Positions 44,458-54,053 of a DNA stretch of 64,000 bases are shown piece by piece. The translations under genes were made by a program, and so were the position numbers. Origin of the DNA: an uncultured delta proteobacterium (GTDB lineage Bacteria; Desulfobacterota; Syntrophobacteria; Syntrophobacterales; Syntrophobacteraceae). The stretch lies in the NCBI GenBank assembly GCA_963808625.1, contig CAWEHK010000030.1, positions 40,062 through 104,061 on the forward strand. Direction: 5' to 3'. Position 1 is the stretch's first letter, and each line of letters begins with the position of its first letter. Under the pieces are notes generated by a model. That model did no database searches and had not been told where the DNA came from. It was given only the letters and a program-made list of their open reading frames with translations.

Positions 44458-46686
44458 CTATAACCTTCCGGGTCCTTCCTCCCGGCCGTAATCTTCGACC
44501 GCACAGCGATTCTTGGGCAGGCATGCGAAGAACCGCTCGGCCTCCAAGAAGTTCCTGAAACGCACAGTCATCCTCACCATGGGTTGGTCATGCTTATCGA
44601 TGAGACTTTCCAGGCTCTGAATGAGGATATTGGATGGAGCGCGGGCGAGGGCCGGGATCAGGGAGTGGAGGGTTTCCAGAAAGACGTTGACCTGAAATGC
44701 GAGCGGATGCCGCCAATCCAGATCTTTGTTCCAATTCACGTCCAGGAACTGCTGCGGCTCGAGGTCGTGGCGGAGCAGGTCCCTGCAGTCCTTGTGATGA
44801 AACGTGGTGCCGCGTTCGCTCAAGATGGCAACCAGGTCGTCCTGGCCGGGGTAGGGGTCGCAGCATCGGGCAAATTTGTGGATCGCCCGGTCGAGTTCGG
44901 AGACGGTAAGGTGGTTTCTCTCGACCGGGAGGGACTTGAGCGTGCTCCTGGGTCCGGTGTGGTCCGAGTCGTGCGGTGGTGGCATGAGATAATACAGAAT
45001 GAGGTGCGGCGATAGAAGGTCCTGCCCCACTCGCGTAAAAACCTCCGGCAGGTCCTTTAAATTCAGAAATTCCATGACAAAGTTGATATTTTCCCCGCTC
45101 AGGATTGCGTCCGGCAAACCATGTCGGCGAATCTCCTGCAGGAGGATCTCTTCGCCAACCTTCTGCGCATAGCGCAGCCGTTTTTGGTGCAGTTTCTTGT
45201 TGATCGCCGAACGGGACCGGGGAGTCTTGCACAGGATTTCGAGCTCAGGGTCGACTTCGAGGGGTTCCGAAGAGGTCAGGATTTCGATTACGTCCCCGTC
45301 CTTGAGAACATGCGTGAGAGGGCCCCATTCATTATTGACCATCGCACCGGTGCAAAAATCGCCCAATTCGGAGTGAATCTTGTAGGCAAAATCGAGCACG
45401 ATGCTTCCCTTGGGCAGGTAGTAGAGATCGCCCTTTGGCGAATAAACGAAGATCTCTTCGGCTTCGGAGAGTCGAATCAGGGCCTTGCGCTGGGGTCCGG
45501 CGCCACCGTATTCACCGATCGTGCGCAGCAATTCGCTGATCTCCTGCCAATGCTCATCACTCAACGGTTTCTGCGCATTCCATTCGGTCAGGATGCCGTA
45601 GGTGGCCCACTCATCCATGCTGGGGGTCCGAATCTTAATGAGATAGTTGGCCCCCCCGGCATGAATCCGCACGTGCAGGCTTCGATAGCCGGTATTCTTC
45701 GGGGTGGCAATGAAGTCCCGGAGGCTCCTCGGGATGAGGGGAAAGGTCGTGTTGACAATGCCCAGTGCCGTGTAGCAGTCAACCAAGTTCTCGGTTTCCA
45801 GGATGATCCCGAAATCCACATAATTTTCGGTATTGGTGATCTCGAGGGTGCGTTTGAGGGGATCATAATAGCTGCCCAGACCCTTGGCGCGGGGCCGCAG
45901 GGTCATCGGGCAGGAGGCGTCGGCAAACGCTTTCTGAAGGGCTTGCACAATCTCCACGAACGCGGGTGAGTTGCGAAAAGCATGGATAAATTGGAGGATC
46001 TTCTTGCTCTTCCGGGGATAGAGATAGGCAAGGGCGAGATGGTAGAGTTCCCGTTTGAGGGGGAAGATATTGAACTTTGCCGCAATGGGCGCGTAAACTT
46101 CGATGGTCTCCTGGGCAATGCGCTGCCGTTTGGCCTTGGGTAAATGGTGCAGCGTGCGCAGATTGTGCAGACGATCGGCCAGCTTGATCACGAGCACGCC
46201 AAGGCGCCTGCTCGCGCTCAGGAAAATCTTGCTGTGCGTGAGGTCCTTGAGCGTGGCGCGGTCGATGTGATGACGGGTCAGCTTGGTGCAGCCGTCGACC
46301 AGCTCCGCTACGACCTCGCCAAACTGAGCCACAATATCTTCCTGGGTAATTTGGGGTATGTCCTCAACGACATCGTGGAGCAAGGCCGCGGAGAGCAGGT
46401 GCGGGTCCCTGAAGCGCAGCTCCCGCGCGAGAATCTCGGCTACCGCACAGGGATGACTGATGTAGGGTGCGCCCGACTTGCGCCGTTGATCCTTGTGGAG
46501 CTCTCCGGCAAACTCCAGGGCGTGAAAAAAAACCTGGTTCGCTTCGTCACCATAATCGAGGTACTTGGCCATGCGCGAGCGATACTGCTCCAGGTCAAAA
46601 AAATGGGGCTCCCTTCCTGACGCTGCAGGAAAAGAATAAGTCGCCTGGCCGTCAATAACGTCGAATGTCGTCGTGTCCTCGCGCAT
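44458..46686 (-). CDS. Long RelA/SpoT homolog (HD hydrolase, degenerate synthetase, TGS, ZFD)
   Basis: HKDQRRKSGAPYISHP, ALLHDVVED, KLADRLHNLRTL, LPKGSIVLDFAYKIHS, FARCCDP. Confidence 0.9.
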   Translation of the reverse strand: MREDTTTFDVIDGQATYSFPAASGREPHFFDLEQYRSRMAKYLDYGDEANQVFFHALEFAGELHKDQRRKSGAPYISHPCAVAEILARELRFRDPHLLSAALLHDVVEDIPQITQEDIVAQFGEVVAELVDGCTKLTRHHIDRATLKDLTHSKIFLSASRRLGVLVIKLADRLHNLRTLHHLPKAKRQRIAQETIEVYAPIAAKFNIFPLKRELYHLALAYLYPRKSKKILQFIHAFRNSPAFVEIVQALQKAFADASCPMTLRPRAKGLGSYYDPLKRTLEITNTENYVDFGIILETENLVDCYTALGIVNTTFPLIPRSLRDFIATPKNTGYRSLHVRIHAGGANYLIKIRTPSMDEWATYGILTEWNAQKPLSDEHWQEISELLRTIGEYGGAGPQRKALIRLSEAEEIFVYSPKGDLYYLPKGSIVLDFAYKIHSELGDFCTGAMVNNEWGPLTHVLKDGDVIEILTSSEPLEVDPELEILCKTPRSRSAINKKLHQKRLRYAQKVGEEILLQEIRRHGLPDAILSGENINFVMEFLNLKDLPEVFTRVGQDLLSPHLILYYLMPPPHDSDHTGPRSTLKSLPVERNHLTVSELDRAIHKFARCCDPYPGQDDLVAILSERGTTFHHKDCRDLLRHDLEPQQFLDVNWNKDLDWRHPLAFQVNVFLETLHSLIPALARAPSNILIQSLESLIDKHDQPMVRMTVRFRNFLEAERFFACLPKNRCAVEDYGREEGPGRL

Positions 46687-46922
46687 CGAATGCTCTTTCT
46701 TCCCGGTGGATGTCACGCAAGCTGCTGGAAACGATAAGCACAAGGGCAGACGACATCGTATATTAAGCCAATGAAGCTCCCCACGAAAGTATACCGTTAA
46801 ATGACATTTATATTTATGAGAAAGAGGCAGAGAGATTGAAAAAGCGCTTCCCTCACGTGTGGCGTAATTTCAGAAGGATGAGGGTCAAGCTCTGGTATAG
46901 CTTTTGACGGTTAGCATTTGGC

Positions 46923-46952
46923 TTGACTTGGCGGCGAAATTTTATTAGGTTG
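46923..46952 (+). promoter_or_regulatory. Probable sigma70 promoter of the tRNA pair
   Basis: TTGACT at 46923 and an AT-rich -10-like TATTAG/TAGGTT just upstream of tRNA-Gln. Confidence 0.55.
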
Positions 46953-46962
46953 CCGAGGTCGT

Positions 46963-47036
<74 letters not shown>

Positions 47037-47040
47037 CCAT

Positions 47041-47116
47041 GGTCCCATCGTCTAGTGGCCTAGGATATCGGCCTCTCACGCCGAAGACACGGGTTCGAAC
47101 CCCGTTGGGACTACCA
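47041..47116 (+). tRNA. tRNA-Glu(CTC)
   Basis: GGTCCCA/TGGGACT acceptor, anticodon arm TCGGC-CTCTCAC-GCCGA, GGTTCGAACCC, encoded CCA. Confidence 0.97.
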
Positions 47117-47986
47117 CATTAAAACGACTCTGCACTTTATTTTGCGTATCTTCTGAATGGCTGCTCCCCACACATAAGGCGAAAATGGTCCCCCAAGAAC
47201 GCCAAAGGGCCCGGATCGCTCCGAGCCTCTCTCATCTGCCAAGGTTATCGTATCATTCCCATCTTCTTTGGTTCCCGTGTAAGGATTCGGATCGTTCTGT
47301 CTTACTCCCTAATTGTGTCGAACGAGTTTCAGTGTCCCCTTTGCGCCGTCCAAGTGGACCTCAAATGGGGATGGGAAGCTAAGTCCAAGCAAGGCGTCCA
47401 AGTCTTCCGGAAGGCTGTCGTGAATCGCAGGAATCCTTCACCACTCGGGAATATGCAAACAGCACCCAGTTCCCCATGAGAGAAAAACAAAAGTGCCCGC
47501 AGATGAGCCAGTTGTCCTCGAAGATTTTGACGATGGCTGGCCCGGGTATGAAGAGCCCGTAATCATCTACCACTAACTTCGACCCTGGAGACGGTCCCCA
47601 CCGGCCACCAAAGGAGCAGTATGCCCTCAAACCGGGGCAAACACCCTCTCTCAAGCCCTCCGCAATCAAGGCAATGTGCCAGAGACCAATTTGCAGCGAC
47701 TTGCCCATCATTGCGACCAGCACGGTGTAACACCGCGCTGGCTCTTGTGTGTACATACCAAAAAGTCGGCACAAAAATGGCTTTGACAGCATCGACGATG
47801 TGTGCTACGGCTCCGCCTGTTTTTTTTTGCTGGGCCGGAGACTGCAACCATATAAGGCACAAGGTTGCCCACTTGCCCGGCATTTTCAAATTGACAGAGC
47901 ACTAGCCGAAGAGTCACAAAAAGTGATTTCCTATCACCTCACCCAGCATCGGAAGAAACTGATTTGCCGCTCATTAGGAGGGAAAA

Positions 47987-49825
47987 ATGAAAAGGAAACG
48001 TTGGGTATTTGTTGCGGCGATTGCGTGTTTCTTCTTGTTGGGGAGTATCATGCCAAGTGAAGCCAGAGGCAATTCCTCCAAGAGCGCCTCACCAGCGTCA
48101 GAACCGATCAACAAAGGTTATTATCTGCCGGACTTCCGCTTGATTGCCGAAAAGGGTTTCGACAGTCCTCAGAACAATTACGCCTGGTCCAGTGCCAGCT
48201 TTCAAGGGGACATCTATATCGGCACGGCCCGCAACTTCGTCTACCAGGTACTCGAGGTGCTCAAGCAGGTCGGCATGCTTCCTCCGGATTACGAATATCA
48301 ATTCATCACCCACCCCGAAGGCAGTCCCTGGTCAATGGAATTCGCGGAGGAGATGAGCGGGGAAATCTGGCGCTTTCGAAAAGGCGATTGGTCACGGGTC
48401 TACAAGTCGAGTCCAGTGGACGTCTCCTTCCTGTCGATTCCCGGTGCGCCGACGCCTGCTTATGCGGCCAAGGAGCCGGGGTTCCGCAGCATGATTACCT
48501 TCACCGACCAGGGGGGTGAGGAGGCCATCTACGCCGCCTCCGGCGCCAGCCTGGTTCCGGGAAGGCTGCTTATCAAATCCACTGACGGCACTTCTTGGAA
48601 GGGAGTAGTCACTCCGCCTGCCTCGATGGAGAGCGATTCCCGCAGCATGGCCGTTCACAACGGCAAGCTCTTCATCGGTCCGGCCGGAGTGAGCAACACC
48701 GCCACGATCTGGGCCACGGACGATCCCAAGACGACCGGTGACGGAAGCAACTGGAAGAAGGTAGCCGACTTCACCCTTGACGGGCCGGGGAGGAACGTTG
48801 CCGTCGTCGCCATGGTGAGTTACCGGGGCTATCTCTACGCGGGGACCCAGAACGATGAGGCGGGTTTCCAGGTGTGGAGGAGCAAGGCGAGGAGCCCGGA
48901 AGATCCGCAGATCGGTGACTGGGCCAAAATTATCGATTATGGTGCGGGGGACATGGGGAACACCAGGGCCCTGACCATGGCCGTGTTCCAGGACAGCGTG
49001 ATTGTCGGATCCTCCATGTTCCCGATCGCGTCAAATCCGCCCGGGCTGCTGGCTCCCAAGGGGTTTGAGGTGATTCGCATCCACCCGGACGACTCCTGGG
49101 AGTTGCTCGTCGGTGACTATCTTGCCCAGAAGCCTCCCGGGGGCATCCCTTCGCTGAGGCTGCCGAAGAGTCTCTGGCCCGGGGGATTCGGAAACTTTCT
49201 GAACCTTTACTGCTGGTCTCTGATATCCGACCAGGGGGTTCTCTATCTTGGTTCGTTCGACACGAGTTCGTTCCTTTACGTTCTTCTCTCTGATGACAGC
49301 CTTTCGAAATCGATACTTCCGAGCAACATAGCTGACAGTCTTTCGAAATCGATACTCCCGAGCAACATAGAGGGTCTGAGGAAGGCCATCGGCTCACTGG
49401 ACAGACCAGGGATGGAGAAGTTTTTCGGTCCCTATCGGGAGCTGGCCGGCGCCCTCGATGCTGGCGATCTGGGCGACCTGGATTGGGAGCAGATCTGGGA
49501 TATTCTCAAGACCTACTTCTTCGGTGCTGACCTGTGGAAGACCACGGACGGCATCCATTGGGAACCGGTCACTCTGAACGGCTTTGGGAATCCGGAGAAT
49601 TACGGGATCAGGACCATGCTTTCGGAACCGGTCGCTCTGAGCGGCTTGCAGAATTCCTTGTACATCGGCACTGCGAACCCTTTTGGTGGTCTCGAGGTGT
49701 GGCGAGCTTTGAAAGAGAATGCTATCGTACCTGCCTTGGACAAATGGGGGTTGCTGGTTTTTGCCCTTCTCACGGGGTCCGCTGCGCTATATGCTATGAA
49801 GCGACGGAGCAGAGCGAAAGGATGA
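47987..49825 (+). CDS. Secreted beta-propeller-like protein with IPTL-CTERM-like sorting tail
   Basis: Signal peptide; repeats NNYAWSSASFQGDIYIGT, YLYAGT, LYLGSFD, GFGNPENYGIRTM, LYIGTANPF; tail VPALDKWGLLVFALLTGSAALYAMKRR. Confidence 0.8.
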   Translation: MKRKRWVFVAAIACFFLLGSIMPSEARGNSSKSASPASEPINKGYYLPDFRLIAEKGFDSPQNNYAWSSASFQGDIYIGTARNFVYQVLEVLKQVGMLPPDYEYQFITHPEGSPWSMEFAEEMSGEIWRFRKGDWSRVYKSSPVDVSFLSIPGAPTPAYAAKEPGFRSMITFTDQGGEEAIYAASGASLVPGRLLIKSTDGTSWKGVVTPPASMESDSRSMAVHNGKLFIGPAGVSNTATIWATDDPKTTGDGSNWKKVADFTLDGPGRNVAVVAMVSYRGYLYAGTQNDEAGFQVWRSKARSPEDPQIGDWAKIIDYGAGDMGNTRALTMAVFQDSVIVGSSMFPIASNPPGLLAPKGFEVIRIHPDDSWELLVGDYLAQKPPGGIPSLRLPKSLWPGGFGNFLNLYCWSLISDQGVLYLGSFDTSSFLYVLLSDDSLSKSILPSNIADSLSKSILPSNIEGLRKAIGSLDRPGMEKFFGPYRELAGALDAGDLGDLDWEQIWDILKTYFFGADLWKTTDGIHWEPVTLNGFGNPENYGIRTMLSEPVALSGLQNSLYIGTANPFGGLEVWRALKENAIVPALDKWGLLVFALLTGSAALYAMKRRSRAKG

Positions 49826-50457
49826 CACAACTCCTCTTGCCGGATTGTTCTTCCAGACCAAAATCGACAAATCCTTTAATCGCGTTTCCAGCTCACAAGG
49901 CATGGGCAGCACATCAAGGCGTTTGTGAGGAATTGACGATCAGGTACTTCGAATGAATGCTCCACAAGGGCGGGGTCGGGAATGGCGAGCCGGTCGCTTA
50001 ATATTGTCATCGATGGGGATTGCATGGATCTGGTCAATCAAAGCCTTGTCGTGCCTTTGAAGAACGATATCGGCCAGCGCTTGAGCATCCCGTAGCAGTT
50101 TCATGAGTTCATGGTGCTTCCTTGATTTTAGCGCGAAGTTCCTTTAAGCGTCCTTCCTAATCCTCTTCCATGTGCCTCGCCTCCTGTGTGCGCCCTGGTG
50201 GTAATCCAGGGGAAGCCCGGCCAGGAAACCGGGTGTTCGCCGCGTCCGGCTATCCCCTGGAAACTGATCACTTCTTCACATTGGTAAAGCGTCTCACGAG
50301 AACGGCATAGGCGTTCTTGCTGGCAACGGTGGTAAAGTAGTGGTGCCGTTCCGATGCTCGCGCCGTCTGCCACTTGCCCGGCTTCCGGCATTCAATAAGA
50401 ATCTGGTCTCCCTCGATGGCATCGCCAGGAGCCCTGTGCACCTTGTGCTCTGGTTTC

Positions 50458-50667
50458 CTAATCGACTCCGGCAATTTTCCCCTCCCTTTCCAGTTCTTCG
50501 CAGGCATCGACAATGAGCGCCAAGGGCAAATCGAAAACATTCGTCAGGTCCACATAGTCAATGATTTTCCCGTGATGCTGCTCGAAGTAGTCCTTGAGCA
50601 TTACCTTTGCGGTCTCGATACTTGGCATGAAATGCTCTTCAATCTTCTCGGCTTCGCCTGGATTCAT
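50458..50667 (-). CDS. Small winged-helix-like hypothetical protein
   Basis: AKVMLKDYFEQHHGKIIDYVDLTNVFDLPLALIVDACEELEREGKI; downstream of hicB. Confidence 0.65.
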   Translation of the reverse strand: MNPGEAEKIEEHFMPSIETAKVMLKDYFEQHHGKIIDYVDLTNVFDLPLALIVDACEELEREGKIAGVD

Positions 50668-50688
50668 GGCCCATCCTCTCTACCGCAT

Positions 50689-50898
50689 TCATGCGCTCAT
50701 GCGCGTTGGTTCGGGAATCGGTGTTGAATCCTGGTGTGCCACATCAAGCCAAAGCTCAATGGCTGTCTCCAATTCCATGAGTGCCTCTTGGGGGGTGTCA
50801 CCAAAGGCAGAGCATCCCTTCAGGTCGGGAACAACCGCGATATATCCCCGATCCTCTTCGCTGTAAAAAATGGTGACCGGATATTTCGGCCTAGACAT
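50689..50898 (-). CDS. hicB: HicB family antitoxin
   Basis: YPVTIFYSEEDRGYIAVVPDLKGCSAFGDTPQEALMEL...PIPEP. Confidence 0.92.
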   Translation of the reverse strand: MSRPKYPVTIFYSEEDRGYIAVVPDLKGCSAFGDTPQEALMELETAIELWLDVAHQDSTPIPEPTRMSA

Positions 50899-51139
50899 GC
50901 TGGATCTCCTCTATGGCTTTGAGTGCCTGGCGGACCTGGTAGGCCTTCGCCAATCCCTTGCGGCTTTGCATGGTCAACTTCCCATCCCACTGAGGATGAG
51001 TGAACACCCTGTGGCTGCCTTTGGCTTCGCGTTCTTTGAAACCAAAGGATAGCAGCCATGCCTCTGCCTCTTCAAAACGAACATTTGCCGGGTTGTTCTT
51101 GATCTTCTGATGGCGCTTTGATTGCGTCGTCATCCACAC
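50891..51139 (-). CDS. hicA: HicA family toxin
   Basis: NPANVRFEE...GFKEREAKGSHRVFTHP...AKAYQVRQAL; overlaps the hicB start. Confidence 0.9.
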   Translation of the reverse strand: MWMTTQSKRHQKIKNNPANVRFEEAEAWLLSFGFKEREAKGSHRVFTHPQWDGKLTMQSRKGLAKAYQVRQALKAIEEIQHV

Positions 51140-52314
51140 AGCCCCTCTTATCTACCGTACCAGCCTTAACCCGGTATCCTGGTCTGCCAGCGCCAACGAC
51201 CTGGTTGATAAGGTCCCCTGCAAGGTCGGAAGCTCGCTTCAAGGTTTCATCCCGCAGGTGGGCATAGCGTTGTGTCATCAGTGGGCTTTTGTGGGTCATG
51301 AGCTTTTGCAGGGTGTACATATCCACCTGCCCGGAAGAAGCCAGCATGGAAGCGTAGACATGCCGTAACCCATGCAGGGCCCGGAAGTCTTTGGGCAGCC
51401 CCGCTCGCTTCTTTATGTTCTACACTGGTTGCGGTGATGTCCGACCTAGGCTCCCCCATTCGTCCCGGAAAGACGATAGCTCTCTGGATCGCGGGATGAT
51501 CGGCTCAAGAACATTTCGGCCGATATCATTTAGGGGAATCTTTGGCTTGGCCCGCCTTTGGGATCGACAATATTGATGAATCCCCGGTCAAAGTCCACAT
51601 GCGCCCCACTGTAATTTGAACAGTTCGCCGCGCCTCATCCCGCTGAAAAGGACCATCTCATCAAGTTTGCCGCCTGCATATCTGGCTCCCGTCGATTTCT
51701 TCCAGGAGGCGGAAAGTTGATCGCGGTTAAGGTCTTCCGTCTTGAGATTGTCAACCTTCGGCATCTCGATTGCGAAGTTGAGCCCCTGGCAAAATGTTTT
51801 TTGACGCCAAAATTGATGATGCGCCTTAGCAAGCTCCAGGGCGTTGTATACAGTGGCAGGCTTGAGAGTTTTCAACAACTTGATTCGTGCCCGATCAACA
51901 TCAAGCGGCACAAGCTCCTTGGGCTCCTGGTCTCCCGAATGCGGCCTTCAGGTAGCAATTGAAACGGTCTTCATCCCGATCTATCGCTTTGACCTGAGGA
52001 TTTGTAGCCTTGTATTCAGCCCACAATTTCGAAATGGTCCAGCGCCCTTCCTCTGTTTCTTTCGCCTCCCGTTCCTTATCGCGTTTTTCTTGGTTCGATT
52101 GGTCCTTGCCCTGCATACGCTCCGCTCTGAGCATAGATGCCCTGGCAGGCGTCATGTCATCCAGGTGTTCACGGCCGGCTTTCTCTTCCACTTGCTTGCC
52201 GTCTCTCCTGTACCGAAGGTAGTAGATTCGTTCCGGCTTCCCGGTAGCCGGCGAATTTCCTTCCACATAGACGACTCCCGGATATTTCGTCTTAATTCTC
52301 TTCAGCGCTGGCAT
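51072..52314 (-). CDS. Tyrosine recombinase/integrase (multiple frameshifts)
   Basis: TKYPGV arm domain, LKPATVYNALEL, LFSGMRRGELFKLQW, HGLRHVYAS, DMYTLQKLMTHKSPLMTQRYAHL. Confidence 0.92.
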
Positions 52315-52704
52315 GTTGCCTCCTACCCGTTGGGACTTGATTGAAACCCGTTGGGAGTTGTTCCCCACACTATTCCCCACACTTATGATACATTTTAGGG
52401 TAATATGAGGTAAAGTCAAGGAAGAAGTGATTTCGTAGAATGCCTTGAATAAAGCCTTTATTGGAAGATCAAGTAAAATCCGATGAAATCAATGAGACGG
52501 GTTCGAACCCCGTTGGGACTATCACCTTTTCCCACAGCGCTCCTCTCCCCGCGGCACACCGCAAAGACCGGAAAACGGGTGGGCAATAGTAATTCCACTC
52601 CCTATAGCGCCCCCAGGAACCATATCCATATCCGTAACACCTGCTTCAAAAGAGCAGTTCTCAAGCTAAGCATTTTGACTGCAAGAGCCACAGATTTTGC
52701 CGTG

Positions 52705-53125
52705 TTATTCGATAGAATCCCCAGGAAGAGTTTCTTGTCGTGCAGGTTGGGTCACCCATCTCGCATCGACGTCAGGCTCCTCTGAAACAATCCCCAGCTT
52801 TGTGTAGATGGGGCGGAGCAGTTCGCGCAGGGCAGGAATTCGCCGTGGGAAAAGAAACGAGCCCATGAGGAGGCAGACTCCTCCAATCACCAGGGGGTTG
52901 GGAGCGCCGATTCGGCCCGCGAGCGCCCCTTAGACCAGGTTCCCGAAAGGCACGGTTCCCATGAAGGCCATGGTGCAGAAACTCATCACGCGCCCGCGCT
53001 TGTCCTCGCCCACGATGGTCTGCAACACTGAGTTGCTCGAAGTGAGCAGCACCATCATTCCAAAACCGGTGAAAAGGAGAATGACCAGGGCAAGCAGAAA
53101 GAGGCCAGCGTGGGAAAAGGCTGGA
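52705..53125 (-). pseudogene. MFS transporter 3' remnant
   Basis: NSVLQTIVGEDKRGRVMSF...PFGNL*GALAGRIGAP; no 5' part; in-frame TAA at 52930. Confidence 0.8.
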
Positions 53126-53296
53126 AGCCCCCCCCTAAAGGTACAGTAAATGCCTGTTGAGCCATGTGTCCGCTTGTCAAATTCTTGGGTGTGTTTTCGA
53201 CTCATGAGGTTCTTCTACCCTAAGCCTGTGCTCCCAGTCCGGATGTTCCAGGCATTTTTGAGATTCTCTGCCTGATTCCGCCCCTTGACCGCAGGA

Positions 53297-53527
53297 CTAA
53301 GTACTTGCGACGGAACCGCCATCTACACGATAGCGTGCTCCAGTGACAAACGAGGCTTGCTCTGACAATAGAAATGCGACAACAGGAACTGTCTCCTCGG
53401 GTGTCCCGGGTCGTTCGAGAACGATAGGCGGTCTCTGTTCTCGAAGAAACCGTGCGATTTCCTCCTCTTTGCTGGTACCTCTTGCTTTGGCTTGTGCGGA
53501 CATAAAAGAATCCGCCAAAGGCGTCAA
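53297..53527 (-). pseudogene. SDR oxidoreductase C-terminal remnant
   Basis: [33 protein letters not shown] with no Rossmann N-terminus. Confidence 0.8.
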
Positions 53528-54053
53528 AATCGAGGCAGGGAAAATGGAGTTTGCCAGTCCGCCGGGAATGACAAAACCTCTTCTCCAGAGTCATGAATCT
53601 CCACTGCCGTATCATCCAGTGCCTCTTATTCCCGGGCACAAATGGCGATTCGGCAGCCTCCCTTCATTGCGGGGCCGTCTGAAATGTCTCTGAGAACTTC
53701 CGTCCCTCTGACTTCTTGACATTCTCCAGGTAACCTGCTAGCTGGAAGCCTCTAAAGAGCAATTTCCTAAACCGCGAAGAACCTGCCATGGGCCTGAACA
53801 GAAGGGCAGCCGGACAGGGTGACGCGACCCCTTTGAATACTTGCGTAAAGCATCGCAAAATGGCTGACGGGCCTTGATTGCTGGTGAATCATGCCGGTGG
53901 CGGTGGTCTGCAAAGCGTGTGGTGTGGAAACACGACGCCGGGGATGGGAGAGTGAGGGATTGCACGATGAAAGAGATTTCTCGTGGTGGAGGCTGGCACA
54001 GAGCGGCGACAAGTCGGTCTTTGCTGAGGTCTGCTGTGATTGCCTGGCATAAT

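Larger units (their letters stand above)
47089..52521. mobile_element. Integrative element (about 5.4 kb) in the tRNA-Glu 3' end
   Basis: 25-bp direct repeat ACGGGTTCGAACCCCGTTGGGACTA at 47089-47113 and 52497-52521; tyrosine integrase next to the distal copy. Confidence 0.92.

Noticed and set aside
51072..52314. This integrase as the integron integrase for the attC-like array
   Set aside because: It has an arm-binding N-terminus, no recognisable IntI-specific insertion, sits at a tRNA att site and is 30 kb away.
52497..52524. Third tRNA gene
   Set aside because: Only the T-arm and acceptor 3' half are present, ending ATCA; this is the att duplication.
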